In this document: piece by piece, positions 20,157 through 29,682 of the stretch
Numbering within the stretch: the first letter of the stretch is position 1
Layout of the letters: every line of letters begins with the position of its first letter
From: an uncultured Chlamydiae bacterium
GTDB taxonomy: Bacteria; Chlamydiota; Chlamydiia; Chlamydiales; Parachlamydiaceae
NCBI GenBank assembly: GCA_963754655.1
Contig: CAVWGN010000001.1
Coordinates: 3,008,001-3,072,000 of the forward strand
Direction of reading: 5' to 3'
DNA: 64,000 bases
Position numbers and translations under genes: made by a program
Notes under the pieces: model-generated
What the model was told of the DNA's origin: nothing
Seen by the model: the letters and a program-made list of their open reading frames with translations, nothing else
Databases searched by the model: none

Positions 20157-21086
20157 GTGAGTACTTACTTTTTTAGAAAGATCTTATCCCTTTTTTGCTC
20201 TTTATTTATCATTGCCAGTTTGACTTTTTTTCTTATGAAATGCATTCCTGGAGATCCTTTTAGCGAAGAACAAACGCTACGCCACGATATGCATGAAGTT
20301 CTGCGTCAACAGCATGGATTGCACCTCCCTTGGTTGACACAATATCGCGATTATCTTTCTCATTTATTACAAGGCCAATTAGGCTATTCCATTAAATATC
20401 CCGGTCGTAGCGTCAATAGCATTATTCAAGAAGGCTTTGCCATATCAGCTCAGCTGGGCCTACAAGCCTTTTGTATGGCTTTGGTACTCGGAGTTTGCTT
20501 AGGAACTCTCTCTGCGCTTAACTCCCATCTGTGGCAGGATCGGTTGATTCTTGCATTAACAACAGCGGGAATTTCTATTCCCAGTTTTATTTTGGCCGCC
20601 TTTTTGCAATATAGCTTAGCAATCTATTTTCCTCTTTTTCCCTTGGCTCGTTGGGGAACGCTATCTCAAACCATTCTGCCTTCCTTAGCCCTTTCAGCTG
20701 CTCCTATGGCATTTATTACCCGCCTCACGAGAACGGGATTATTAGAGGTTTTGCAATCTGACTATATTAAACTTGCACGCGCAAAAGGACTACCCTTGAC
20801 TTTTTGGCTATGGCGGCATGCCTTAAGAAATGCTCTTTTGCCTGTCTTAAGCTACCTCGGGCCTCTTTTAGCCAATATCTTAGTCGGCAGCTTTGTCATT
20901 GAGAAAATCTTTAGCATTCCAGGCCTTGGTCAATGGTTTGTCCATAGCGTAGCTAATCGCGATTATTCCTTAATCATGGGGCTCACTCTTTTTTATAGTT
21001 TGATTTTGCTTGTGATGATGTTTTTCATTGATTTGCTATATGGCATTTGGGATCCTCGAATTCGAATTTTGGCAAAGGAAAGATAA
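20157..21086 (+). CDS. oppB: Oligopeptide ABC transporter permease
   Basis: IPGDPF, EAA-like YIKLARAKGL, HALRNAL, EKIFSIPGLG, DPRIR; GTG start. Confidence 0.92.
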   Translation: MSTYFFRKILSLFCSLFIIASLTFFLMKCIPGDPFSEEQTLRHDMHEVLRQQHGLHLPWLTQYRDYLSHLLQGQLGYSIKYPGRSVNSIIQEGFAISAQLGLQAFCMALVLGVCLGTLSALNSHLWQDRLILALTTAGISIPSFILAAFLQYSLAIYFPLFPLARWGTLSQTILPSLALSAAPMAFITRLTRTGLLEVLQSDYIKLARAKGLPLTFWLWRHALRNALLPVLSYLGPLLANILVGSFVIEKIFSIPGLGQWFVHSVANRDYSLIMGLTLFYSLILLVMMFFIDLLYGIWDPRIRILAKER

Positions 21087-21090
21087 TAGG

Positions 21091-22014
21091 ATGTCTATTT
21101 ATGAACATGAGCAATGGCTGCCGCTTAGCCATCCATCAGAACGCGTTTTTGCATTACTCCCTTCTCTTCCTTCTCCTAAAGCACAGGCGTGGCATCGCTT
21201 TTGGTGCCATCCTCTAGGAAAAACTGGCATTGCGCTGATGGTTCCCATTTTGCTTTTTATCCTGATTGGTCCCTCGTTGAGTGGATATTCTTATGATGAC
21301 TTGCACTTGATTAATAAAAATCAACCTCCTTCCTCTCGATTTTGGTTTGGCACCGATGATTTGGGGCGCGATATTTTTACACGCATTTGTTATGGGGCGC
21401 GCATTTCGCTCTGCGTAGGTTTACTCGCGGCTGTCATCGATCTGGGGATTGGCCTTTTATGGGGAGGAATCTCTGGTCTGGTAGGAGGACGCACCGATGA
21501 AGTTCTCATGCGCTGTGCCGATATTTTATATTCCTTGCCCTATTTGCTCATTGTGATTGTTTTAACTGTCGTTCTAGGTTCAGGCTTTTCCTCACTTTTA
21601 GTTGCCATTACATTAACGGGTTGGATCACAATGGCACGCATTGTGCGCGGTCAAATTTTATTGCTCAAAGAAATGGATTACGTCATGGCTGCCAAAGCGC
21701 TAGGAGCCAGCCAAACACGCCTTCTCCTATTCCATCTCTTTCCTAATGCCATGGGGTCTATTCTGATCACTTTGACCTTGACTATTCCCTCGGCTATTTT
21801 TGCTGAAGCTTTTTTAAGTTTCTTAGGGCTTGGCATTCAGGCCCCCTTAGCAAGCTGGGGAACAATGGCCAATGAAGGATTGCCTGCCTTGCAATTTTAT
21901 CCTTGGCGCCTTTTTGTTCCGGCCTTTTTCATTAGCCAAACAATGCTGGCTTTTCACTTAATTGGAGAAGGATTAAAATTTGCTTTTGATCAATCCAATC
22001 AGGAAGGCTTATGA
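21091..22014 (+). CDS. oppC: Oligopeptide ABC transporter permease
   Basis: FWFGTDDLGRDIFTR..GARISL, YVMAAKALGAS, EAFLSFLGLG..SWG; ATG at 21091. Confidence 0.92.
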   Translation: MSIYEHEQWLPLSHPSERVFALLPSLPSPKAQAWHRFWCHPLGKTGIALMVPILLFILIGPSLSGYSYDDLHLINKNQPPSSRFWFGTDDLGRDIFTRICYGARISLCVGLLAAVIDLGIGLLWGGISGLVGGRTDEVLMRCADILYSLPYLLIVIVLTVVLGSGFSSLLVAITLTGWITMARIVRGQILLLKEMDYVMAAKALGASQTRLLLFHLFPNAMGSILITLTLTIPSAIFAEAFLSFLGLGIQAPLASWGTMANEGLPALQFYPWRLFVPAFFISQTMLAFHLIGEGLKFAFDQSNQEGL

Positions 22015-22994
22015 TGGAGCATCCCTTACTTGTAGTCGATCATTTGCATCTCACTTTACATACAGCCTCAGGTTGTTTTAAAATTTTACATGGGATCTCT
22101 TTTGCCATTTACCCTGGCGAAATTGTAGGACTTGTGGGAGAATCTGGCTGTGGGAAAAGTTTAACAGCTTCAGCTATTTTAGGAATGCTTCCCTCGTCGC
22201 ATACTTTAACAGGCCGCATTGAATTTGAAGGACAAAATTTGCTTCATCTTCCAACTCAACAGCTTGCTTATCTGCGTGGAACGCATCTTAGCTTGATTTT
22301 ACAAGATCCTTCTTTAGCTCTTAATCCGGTTATTCCCATTGGCAAGCAGTTGATTGAAGGGCTATGCTATCACAAAAAAATTTCACGTCAAGTCGCCTAC
22401 CAAAAAGGAATAGAATGGCTTATCCGGGTCGGAATTGGAGATGCTGCCGAGCGCATGCGACAATATCCGCACGAAATTAGCGGAGGAATGAAACAGCGTA
22501 TTTTGATTGCTATGGCTCTTATTTGCAAGCCCTCTCTGCTGATTGCTGATGAACCTACAACTGCTCTTGATGTGACAGTTCAATCCCAAATCCTTGATTT
22601 ACTACAGATCCTTCAAAAAGATGAACAATTGAGCATCTTATTAATCACACATGATTTAGGAGTCGTTGCACGCTGCTGTCAACGCGTCATGGTGATGTAT
22701 GCTGGTCAATTAGTGGAGGTTGGACCTGTTGAACAAGTTTTTAAAAATCCTCAACATCCTTACACAAAGGCCTTGCTGCAATCGCGCAATAGTTTAAGTC
22801 AATCACGCCACCAACCGTTATTTTGCTTAGAGGGTAATCCTCCACGCTTATACAAAAAATTGCCGGGATGTGCATTTGCTCCACGTTGCCCCTCTGCCAT
22901 GCGCATTTGCCAAGAGAAAGATCCTCCAAATGAAAAGACACCTCAAAAAAGCGTCCTTTGTTGGCTTCCGCAAGCTTTTCGGGAGGTTGGATGA
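22011..22994 (+). CDS. oppD: Oligopeptide ABC transporter ATP-binding protein
   Basis: [37 protein letters not shown]-terminal GCAFAPRC. Confidence 0.93.
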   Translation: MMEHPLLVVDHLHLTLHTASGCFKILHGISFAIYPGEIVGLVGESGCGKSLTASAILGMLPSSHTLTGRIEFEGQNLLHLPTQQLAYLRGTHLSLILQDPSLALNPVIPIGKQLIEGLCYHKKISRQVAYQKGIEWLIRVGIGDAAERMRQYPHEISGGMKQRILIAMALICKPSLLIADEPTTALDVTVQSQILDLLQILQKDEQLSILLITHDLGVVARCCQRVMVMYAGQLVEVGPVEQVFKNPQHPYTKALLQSRNSLSQSRHQPLFCLEGNPPRLYKKLPGCAFAPRCPSAMRICQEKDPPNEKTPQKSVLCWLPQAFREVG

Positions 22995-23941
22995 CACCTC
23001 TTCTTGATATCAGAAATTTATCTAAAGGCTTCCCCTTAAGAGGCAACATTCTGTATGCCGTGCAAGATGTGTCACTCGCATTAGCCGAAGGTGAAATTTT
23101 GGGCCTGGGAGGAGAAAGTGGATGTGGAAAGTCAACGATTGCAAAATTGTTAATGGGATTGCTCGAACCCACAAGCGGATCAATTCTTTTTAGAGGGCAA
23201 AATATCACTGCTTTAAGCCGTCAACGCTCTCAAGCTTGGCGGCGTCATATTCAAATGATTTTTCAACATCCTGCTGCTTCGCTTGATCCACGCATGACGA
23301 TAGCAGAAACACTTGCAGAGCCTTTAATCATTCATCGTTTAGCCAAAGGAGAAGAGCGTTCTAAGCGGTTATCAACCCTTCTTACGCAAGTGGGGTTATC
23401 GACAGATAATCTCCATCGCTTGCCTCATGAATTAAGTGGAGGCCAAAAACAGCGCGTTGCCATTGCCAGAGCAATGGCAGTAGAGCCTAAGCTTTTGATT
23501 TGCGATGAGCCTTTTTCAGCTTTAGACGTCTCTGTTCAAGCTCAAATTATTAACCTTTTAGTGAATCTTCAACGTGAGCGAAATCTCTCTTATCTGATCA
23601 TTTCTCATGATCTTTCCGTTCTGCGTTATTTAACGCATCAGCTAGCCATCATGTATTTAGGGCAAATTATGGAATATGGATTAAGTACCGAAGTCTACGA
23701 TCACCCCCTGCATCCCTATTCACAAGCCCTCGTTTCAGCCGTTTTGCTGCCCAATCCTTACCAAGAAAGTCGTCGATCACGCATCGTCATTAAAGGCGAA
23801 GTCCCGAGCCTTATTCGCCCTCCCTCTGGGTGTTCTTTTCACCCCCGCTGTCCGCAAGCACAAACGATTTGTCAAACAGTAAAACCTGCTTGGAAGGAGA
23901 TTAAACCTGGTCATTTTACAGCCTGTCATCTTTATCTTTAA
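22991..23941 (+). CDS. oppF: Oligopeptide ABC transporter ATP-binding protein
   Basis: [47 protein letters not shown] overlap with oppD. Confidence 0.93.
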   Translation: MTPLLDIRNLSKGFPLRGNILYAVQDVSLALAEGEILGLGGESGCGKSTIAKLLMGLLEPTSGSILFRGQNITALSRQRSQAWRRHIQMIFQHPAASLDPRMTIAETLAEPLIIHRLAKGEERSKRLSTLLTQVGLSTDNLHRLPHELSGGQKQRVAIARAMAVEPKLLICDEPFSALDVSVQAQIINLLVNLQRERNLSYLIISHDLSVLRYLTHQLAIMYLGQIMEYGLSTEVYDHPLHPYSQALVSAVLLPNPYQESRRSRIVIKGEVPSLIRPPSGCSFHPRCPQAQTICQTVKPAWKEIKPGHFTACHLYL

Positions 23942-25749
23942 GAAATCACGATGAGATCTATATCTGGAGGTAAGATTTCCGAAATTTCCTTTACAATGTT
24001 GCCTCGCACTAGCTGCAGCATGACACTATGCCGTGGGCGTCCTAATATCACACGAGATACATGGAGTTGTTGCGCCATATCAACAATAGCCTCTACGGGA
24101 GAATGACTGACAACATAAAAGAATTTCATCTTAAGCCTAGGGGCTTTTTCGTTTGCATAATCGAAAATACGGCAAGCTTCTTCATCCTCTAACCACGTGC
24201 GACTATGATCTTCTGCTGTAATAATTTTCTGCTCGCGTATAAAAAGAAGATAGAGCGGCTGCTGATGTTGCATAGCCTCTTCAATAGAAAACTCGAGAGT
24301 TTTGCCCATCGTACGTATAGCGCAAAGAATCGCTCCCTCATGCAAAGGCACAAGCGTATCTTCCGTAAAGAGAGAAGCATGGCGTAGCTTAACCTTTTTG
24401 TCTCCCCATTTTCTTTGACGATATTCTACGACTAACATACGTAGAATCAAACCAAAGGTCACCATGGAAACCGCAAAACGTCTCGCTTCTGGCTTTGTAA
24501 TAAAAAGAGTGGCTTCAATGGCTACCAAAATGACACATGTCGCCCACATAAAGATGCGCTCTCCCCTGGTCATAGGAAGAGTTTTATCAGCAGCATTGAC
24601 CCCCAAATTGGTGGCAATAGCACCGATAAATCCTACGGCATAAAGATTGGCTAAGGCAGCAATATCGTGAACGAATAACAAAATGACAACAATCGCGATG
24701 ACGGTAAGGATCAAAGGATAACGAGGGACTCCAAACGGATTCAAAATTTGGAAGGATTCTGGCATTTCTCCATCTCTTGACATGATAAACAAAAGCGAGA
24801 CAAGAGCTACTATGGCAGTATTGACAGCCGAAAGCAGTAACACGCCAAACGCAATACCGACAACAGATCCGAAAAGATAGCCTAGGGATACTCCACCCCA
24901 ATAATGAGTGACAAAGTATTGACCCATGTAACGAAGCATGGCATCTCGAATTGGTGTATTTTCAGGGCTGAGCACTTGATTATCTACCACTCTTAGATGA
25001 GGGAGGGCCCCCATCATGAGTCCAAAAAAAGCAGTAAAAAAGCAAACCTCTATCATGACCAGAAGGATGGCCCGCTTTGAGATTTGATGGACAGAAGGAT
25101 GCTCTTCGCTACTTCCAGGATCCAGTCTCATAACGCCTGTCGCATTGGCAATTGATTCAATTCCTGATAAAGCCACAATGATTCCAACAAAGTGATCCCA
25201 ATTGTTCCAGAATCCTGGCTCTAAAGGCCGAATATGGTGCATGGCCTCTCCTACAAAAGGCAAAGACAAAACTCCCAAAATGACGACAATGATCACAGTT
25301 GCAACAGCGACTACTAAGGCAAGATTGCCCGAACTGCGCGGTCCAAAATAATTGATGATTCCAATTACAATAATTGCACTAATTGTCCAGTAAACAGGCT
25401 GGGAAACCCCTAAATATTCAAAACACGATAAAGCACTTAGAGCAGCCGTCACAAGATAATCGGCCAAAAGAAAAAAGGCTCCAATTAAAGCTAAAACTTC
25501 GGAATGTTTGCGTGCAGAAGCATAAACTCCTCCTCCTGTAGGACTGAATTTGCAAATGGAAATATAGTTCAATCCTACGATGAGCATTAAAATTGAAACA
25601 GCTGCAATCAGCCAAAAAGAGCTATATCCTGCAAGAGCAAAAGCCAAGCCAATGACATAAGCCTTGCTTGTCCCCCAATCGCCATATAAAATTGCTGCTG
25701 CTTGAAAGACGTTGACATTGCGGGGTCTTTGGGTAGAAGTCTTTAACAC
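23938..25749 (-). CDS. APC-superfamily transporter with C-terminal USP-like domain, KimA/YdaO-like (probable K+/H+ symporter)
   Basis: About 12 transmembrane segments; YGDWGTSKAY, GGGVY, ADYLVTAALS, LSGIESIAN, LYAVG; soluble USP-like C-terminus (VILGRPRHS..LVRGNIV). Confidence 0.75.
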   Translation of the reverse strand: MLKTSTQRPRNVNVFQAAAILYGDWGTSKAYVIGLAFALAGYSSFWLIAAVSILMLIVGLNYISICKFSPTGGGVYASARKHSEVLALIGAFFLLADYLVTAALSALSCFEYLGVSQPVYWTISAIIVIGIINYFGPRSSGNLALVVAVATVIIVVILGVLSLPFVGEAMHHIRPLEPGFWNNWDHFVGIIVALSGIESIANATGVMRLDPGSSEEHPSVHQISKRAILLVMIEVCFFTAFFGLMMGALPHLRVVDNQVLSPENTPIRDAMLRYMGQYFVTHYWGGVSLGYLFGSVVGIAFGVLLLSAVNTAIVALVSLLFIMSRDGEMPESFQILNPFGVPRYPLILTVIAIVVILLFVHDIAALANLYAVGFIGAIATNLGVNAADKTLPMTRGERIFMWATCVILVAIEATLFITKPEARRFAVSMVTFGLILRMLVVEYRQRKWGDKKVKLRHASLFTEDTLVPLHEGAILCAIRTMGKTLEFSIEEAMQHQQPLYLLFIREQKIITAEDHSRTWLEDEEACRIFDYANEKAPRLKMKFFYVVSHSPVEAIVDMAQQLHVSRVILGRPRHSVMLQLVRGNIVKEISEILPPDIDLIVIS

Positions 25750-25990
25750 TCTGTCTCGCTTGATAATGGTAATAGCAAAATCCGTCTCTCATCATATTGA
25801 AAGTCAAATATTGATTTAAAGTAAATTTTAAAATAAATTTTTTGAAAACGGATGGAGACATCAAGCACAAGAACGTATTCATCTGAATACGAATAGCAAG
25901 TTTTGACAACATGGGGGCGATGCTTGGAGCATGTCTTAAAGACTTTCAATAAACAAATACTACTTATTAGTCTACAAGGCTTTCAGAGCA

Positions 25991-26033
25991 TATGTGAGGG
26001 CTAAGACCCACCGTCACCGCGAGCCCTCACATA
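25991..26033. terminator. Strong hairpin downstream of rseP (terminator or repeat remnant)
   Basis: Perfect 12-bp stem TATGTGAGGGCT / AGCCCTCACATA. Confidence 0.5.
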
Positions 26034-26095
26034 GAGTCTAGAATAAGGGACGCAGCGATTGAATACAGTTTCAATCAACATTTTAAGCTACATCC

Positions 26096-28069
26096 CTAAT
26101 GCGACCAATGGCTAAAAATGCGGGCCAGGTCATGATAGGTTAGGAAAATGAAAAACCCAACCAACAATAAAGCGAAAGGAATAATGAGTTTTTCAAGAGT
26201 CTTAGATTTTAAACGTTTTCCGGTAATAAGTTCATAGAGAGCAAAGCAAATTGCGCCACCATCCAAAACAGGCAATGGCAATAGATTTAGAACACCCAGG
26301 TTTAAACTAATCGCGCCTAACCAAAATAAAGATTCTTTTAGACTGACCATCGAAGTATCATGAACCACTTGGACAATGCCAATAGGCCCGCTCATCCATT
26401 TGGGATTCAAAGAACCCGTAAAAAGAGCTTTCAATGTATGCCAGATTTCTTCAAAAACTTTAGTGAATAGCGAAAACGGATTGGGATTATATTGAACACG
26501 TTCATCTTGAACAGAAGGCAATCCCAATAAAAGCTGTTTATCGCGATTTTCTAATAAATGGCGCGCTTGCGCTCTCTTTTCAGGGTCATCAATATTTTCA
26601 ATTTCACGTGCTTGCTCGCGAATTTCATCTTGTAAGCGCGCCTGGCTTTCAACACTGAGTTGGAAATCTTTGCGCATTTTAGGCACTACAGCATTTAACA
26701 AGATGAGATTGTTAGAAGATTGGGGTGTTGAACTCGTTCCAATGCCAATTTTAGAAATTAACAGCTGCAGGTCTTCCCATTTATATTGTTGATCAAATAA
26801 AGCATCTGCCTGTTGCCAAGAAGGAATGCGAGCTAGCTTCGGATCGCGTTCCACAATAATATTGACATGTCGCTCTTGAAGGTTGGAAAGAATTTCATAA
26901 GAATGATGAGAAACTGGAATGCCGTCGACAGCCAAGATGCGATCTCCTTCCTCTAGAGGCAACTCAAGCAACGAAAAAGGATTGGATGGAAAAGCTTCTT
27001 CTTCTCTTTCTTTATCTATAAATTTCAGCCGATTCTCAACGACTCCTTCATTATTGAGATGATAAGGAATGTAATAAAGCTTTTGAATTTTGATTCCATT
27101 GAGCTGCGCTTCAAATTGCCAATCAATAAGCTCTTCTCTTATTTCTGAATCGAGTTTTAGCTCTTCTACATGTACACGTGGAACACGGCGTAGAAAAATG
27201 TCTTGTCCTCGTTGAACAGTCAGCAAAGCTTTGGCATCATTGAGAACATAAGCTAATTCCTGAATAGAATAAATAGGCAATCCATCGACCCAGACAATGC
27301 GATCACCATATTCAATGCCACTTTCTTGCATGGGCGAACCCTCTGGCAAAGAATTTTCTGAACCATTAGATTGTCGGTTGTAAATGACATAACTTGCAGG
27401 CTGCAAAACACCTGCAGTTAAAATATCTTTATCTAACGCAGTTGGGTGAGGATAAGGCTTGACTATATAAGTAAAGGGCGTTTTTCCCTTAGTATGAAAA
27501 TTGACATGAAATCCTTTAACTTCAATATCGCCATGTGAGGTCATAGGAGCTGAGAGATGGTCTTTTGAACTTTGAAAATGTTGGCCATTATAAGCCATTA
27601 CCTCATCTCCAGGGCGAATGCCCTTGATATAAAGCTCCGATTTTGGATCAATCCAACCAATTTTATGAGTATAATCACTAAAGTTTTTTTCTCTTCCGCC
27701 TATGCTCCAAAGAACTCCGAAAGCTAACAAGGCAAAAATGATATTGACTAAGGGTCCCATCAGGGCAACCTTGATGCGATCTAACGGCCGTTTTCCGAAA
27801 AAGCCATCTTGGATCTCATAAAGATCGCGTTGATCAGAGGTGTCCATGCCCGCAATTTTGACATAACCTCCAAATAACAACCATCCAATTTGCCAACGTA
27901 CGCCATCTCTTATCCATGAGTAAATCGGTTTTCCAAATCCTATTGAGAATGTTTCAACGCGCATTCCTAAACGGCGAGCCATATAATAATGACCAAGCTC
28001 ATGAATAAAAACTAGAAAGCTTAATCCCAAAATAGCAAAAATGATATACAAAATACTGACAAGCGTCAT
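26096..28069 (-). CDS. rseP: Site-2 (M50) intramembrane zinc metalloprotease with PDZ domains
   Basis: HELGH, FSIGFG, GGYVKI, NLLPLPVLDGG; downstream of dxr. Confidence 0.95.
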   Translation of the reverse strand: MTLVSILYIIFAILGLSFLVFIHELGHYYMARRLGMRVETFSIGFGKPIYSWIRDGVRWQIGWLLFGGYVKIAGMDTSDQRDLYEIQDGFFGKRPLDRIKVALMGPLVNIIFALLAFGVLWSIGGREKNFSDYTHKIGWIDPKSELYIKGIRPGDEVMAYNGQHFQSSKDHLSAPMTSHGDIEVKGFHVNFHTKGKTPFTYIVKPYPHPTALDKDILTAGVLQPASYVIYNRQSNGSENSLPEGSPMQESGIEYGDRIVWVDGLPIYSIQELAYVLNDAKALLTVQRGQDIFLRRVPRVHVEELKLDSEIREELIDWQFEAQLNGIKIQKLYYIPYHLNNEGVVENRLKFIDKEREEEAFPSNPFSLLELPLEEGDRILAVDGIPVSHHSYEILSNLQERHVNIIVERDPKLARIPSWQQADALFDQQYKWEDLQLLISKIGIGTSSTPQSSNNLILLNAVVPKMRKDFQLSVESQARLQDEIREQAREIENIDDPEKRAQARHLLENRDKQLLLGLPSVQDERVQYNPNPFSLFTKVFEEIWHTLKALFTGSLNPKWMSGPIGIVQVVHDTSMVSLKESLFWLGAISLNLGVLNLLPLPVLDGGAICFALYELITGKRLKSKTLEKLIIPFALLLVGFFIFLTYHDLARIFSHWSH

Positions 28070-28089
28070 AAAACCCTTTAAATCCTTGA

Positions 28090-29241
28090 TTAACCTCTTA
28101 CTGCTTCAAATTTCGTAGCCTCTTCTCTTGCTTGAGCATCTACGGCCAAAATATCTTCCAATGCTTCTATAGGTTGAACCTGATGTTGACTCATGAGTGA
28201 CTCAAGTTGAATCCCAATTTCGCTCCACCTAATCTCCCCTGTCAAAAAACGCTGCACTAAAATTTCATTCGCGGCATTCATGTAACAAGGCAAACTTCCC
28301 CCTTGACGAATGGCTTCATAAGCCAAAGCCAAGCATCGAAACTGAGTGAGGTCAGGTTTGCAAAACTCTAATTTCGCATGCTTCATAAAATCAAAAGGTT
28401 TGAGCAATCCAGGATAGCGATCTGGATAAGTCATCGCATACTGGATAGGCACTATCATATTTGGCTCGCCCATTTGCGCCAGCATCGAATAGTCAGAAAA
28501 CTCCACTAAACTATGAATAATGCTTTGCGGATGAATCATCACCTCGATTTTATCGGGCTTTACATTAAATAACCAGCAAGCTTCAATAACCTCTAAGCCT
28601 TTATTCATTAAAGTAGAAGAATCAATAGTGACCTTCGGTCCCATCTTCCAAGTTGGATGATTCAAGGCTTGTTCAACTGTGACATGCTCTAGCTGTTCCC
28701 GTGTCCAATGACGAAAAGGACCTCCAGAGGCAGTCAGTACAATTCGATTCACGGACTCCCTCTTTTCTCCTTTTAAGCATTGAAAAATGGCGCTATGTTC
28801 ACTATCAATGGGAATCAGCTGAACTCCGCACTCTTTCACTAGCCGCATGACAAGTGCTCCACCTGATACGAGAGCTTCTTTATTTGCCAAGCCAATTTCT
28901 TTGCCTGCTAAGATCGCTTCAACTGTCGGTTGCAGACCCAATGTCCCGGCAATAGCTGAGATCACCATTTGAGCCTCTTGACAGGCAGCCACAGCTTTCA
29001 ATCCTTCCATCCCAGCCACAATTGTTTGACCAGGTAGACGTTTTTGCAATTCATACGCTTTTTCAGGATTGAAGACTCCTATGATTAAAGGATGAAACTC
29101 GCGCGCTTGTTGCTCCAATAAATCAATATTCTCTCGAGCAGCCAAAGCGACGACTCGAAAACAGGATTTTAAATGGCGCACGACATTTAATGCGTTACAT
29201 CCAATAGAGCCTGTACTTCCTAAAATAGCAATCTGTTTCAT
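28090..29241 (-). CDS. dxr: 1-deoxy-D-xylulose-5-phosphate reductoisomerase
   Basis: ILGSTGSIG, LANKEALV, PIDSEHSAIFQ, LTASGGPF, MGPKVTIDSSTLMNKGLEVIEA. Confidence 0.98.
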   Translation of the reverse strand: MKQIAILGSTGSIGCNALNVVRHLKSCFRVVALAARENIDLLEQQAREFHPLIIGVFNPEKAYELQKRLPGQTIVAGMEGLKAVAACQEAQMVISAIAGTLGLQPTVEAILAGKEIGLANKEALVSGGALVMRLVKECGVQLIPIDSEHSAIFQCLKGEKRESVNRIVLTASGGPFRHWTREQLEHVTVEQALNHPTWKMGPKVTIDSSTLMNKGLEVIEACWLFNVKPDKIEVMIHPQSIIHSLVEFSDYSMLAQMGEPNMIVPIQYAMTYPDRYPGLLKPFDFMKHAKLEFCKPDLTQFRCLALAYEAIRQGGSLPCYMNAANEILVQRFLTGEIRWSEIGIQLESLMSQHQVQPIEALEDILAVDAQAREEATKFEAVRG

Positions 29242-29268
29242 GACAAAAATCAGGTAAAATATTTTACT

Positions 29269-29296
29269 AGTATAACATGTAAAGTGAAAAAGTCAA
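29269..29296 (-). promoter_or_regulatory. Putative sigma66 promoter of dxr-rseP
   Basis: Minus strand reads TTGACT, 16-bp spacer (ending TGT), TATACT. Confidence 0.6.
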
Positions 29297-29682
29297 CATG
29301 AACAACTAATCAAATTCTTTTTGCCTAACTAATTATATCTATCAAAGAGAATCCAAAAACTGAAATTCGAGCTCTGGCTCAGCCCAAATGCAAAAACTCA
29401 TATGACAGAGTCTTATTATAAGTTAAACATCCTATGCTCTTCCTTCCCTCCCTTTTTCGTTTGCTAAAGCTCTCCTTCATAATAGGCTCCTCTAAAGATC
29501 CCAATTCTATTATCCTTATGCACTTTTAAACCCCTTCATTTCCATTTAATAAATCATTAGTTAATTATTTAAATAAACATAAATAAAACAAAACTTTTAA
29601 TAATACTTATTTATAAACAAAATATTTGATATAATAATTAATTGAAGGGTTAGTTAAATTAATAAAATCAAGATGTCATTTT

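Noticed and set aside
25750..26095. c-di-AMP (ydaO) riboswitch upstream of the KimA-like gene
   Set aside because: I could not find the conserved riboswitch motifs by eye. An Rfam scan would settle it.
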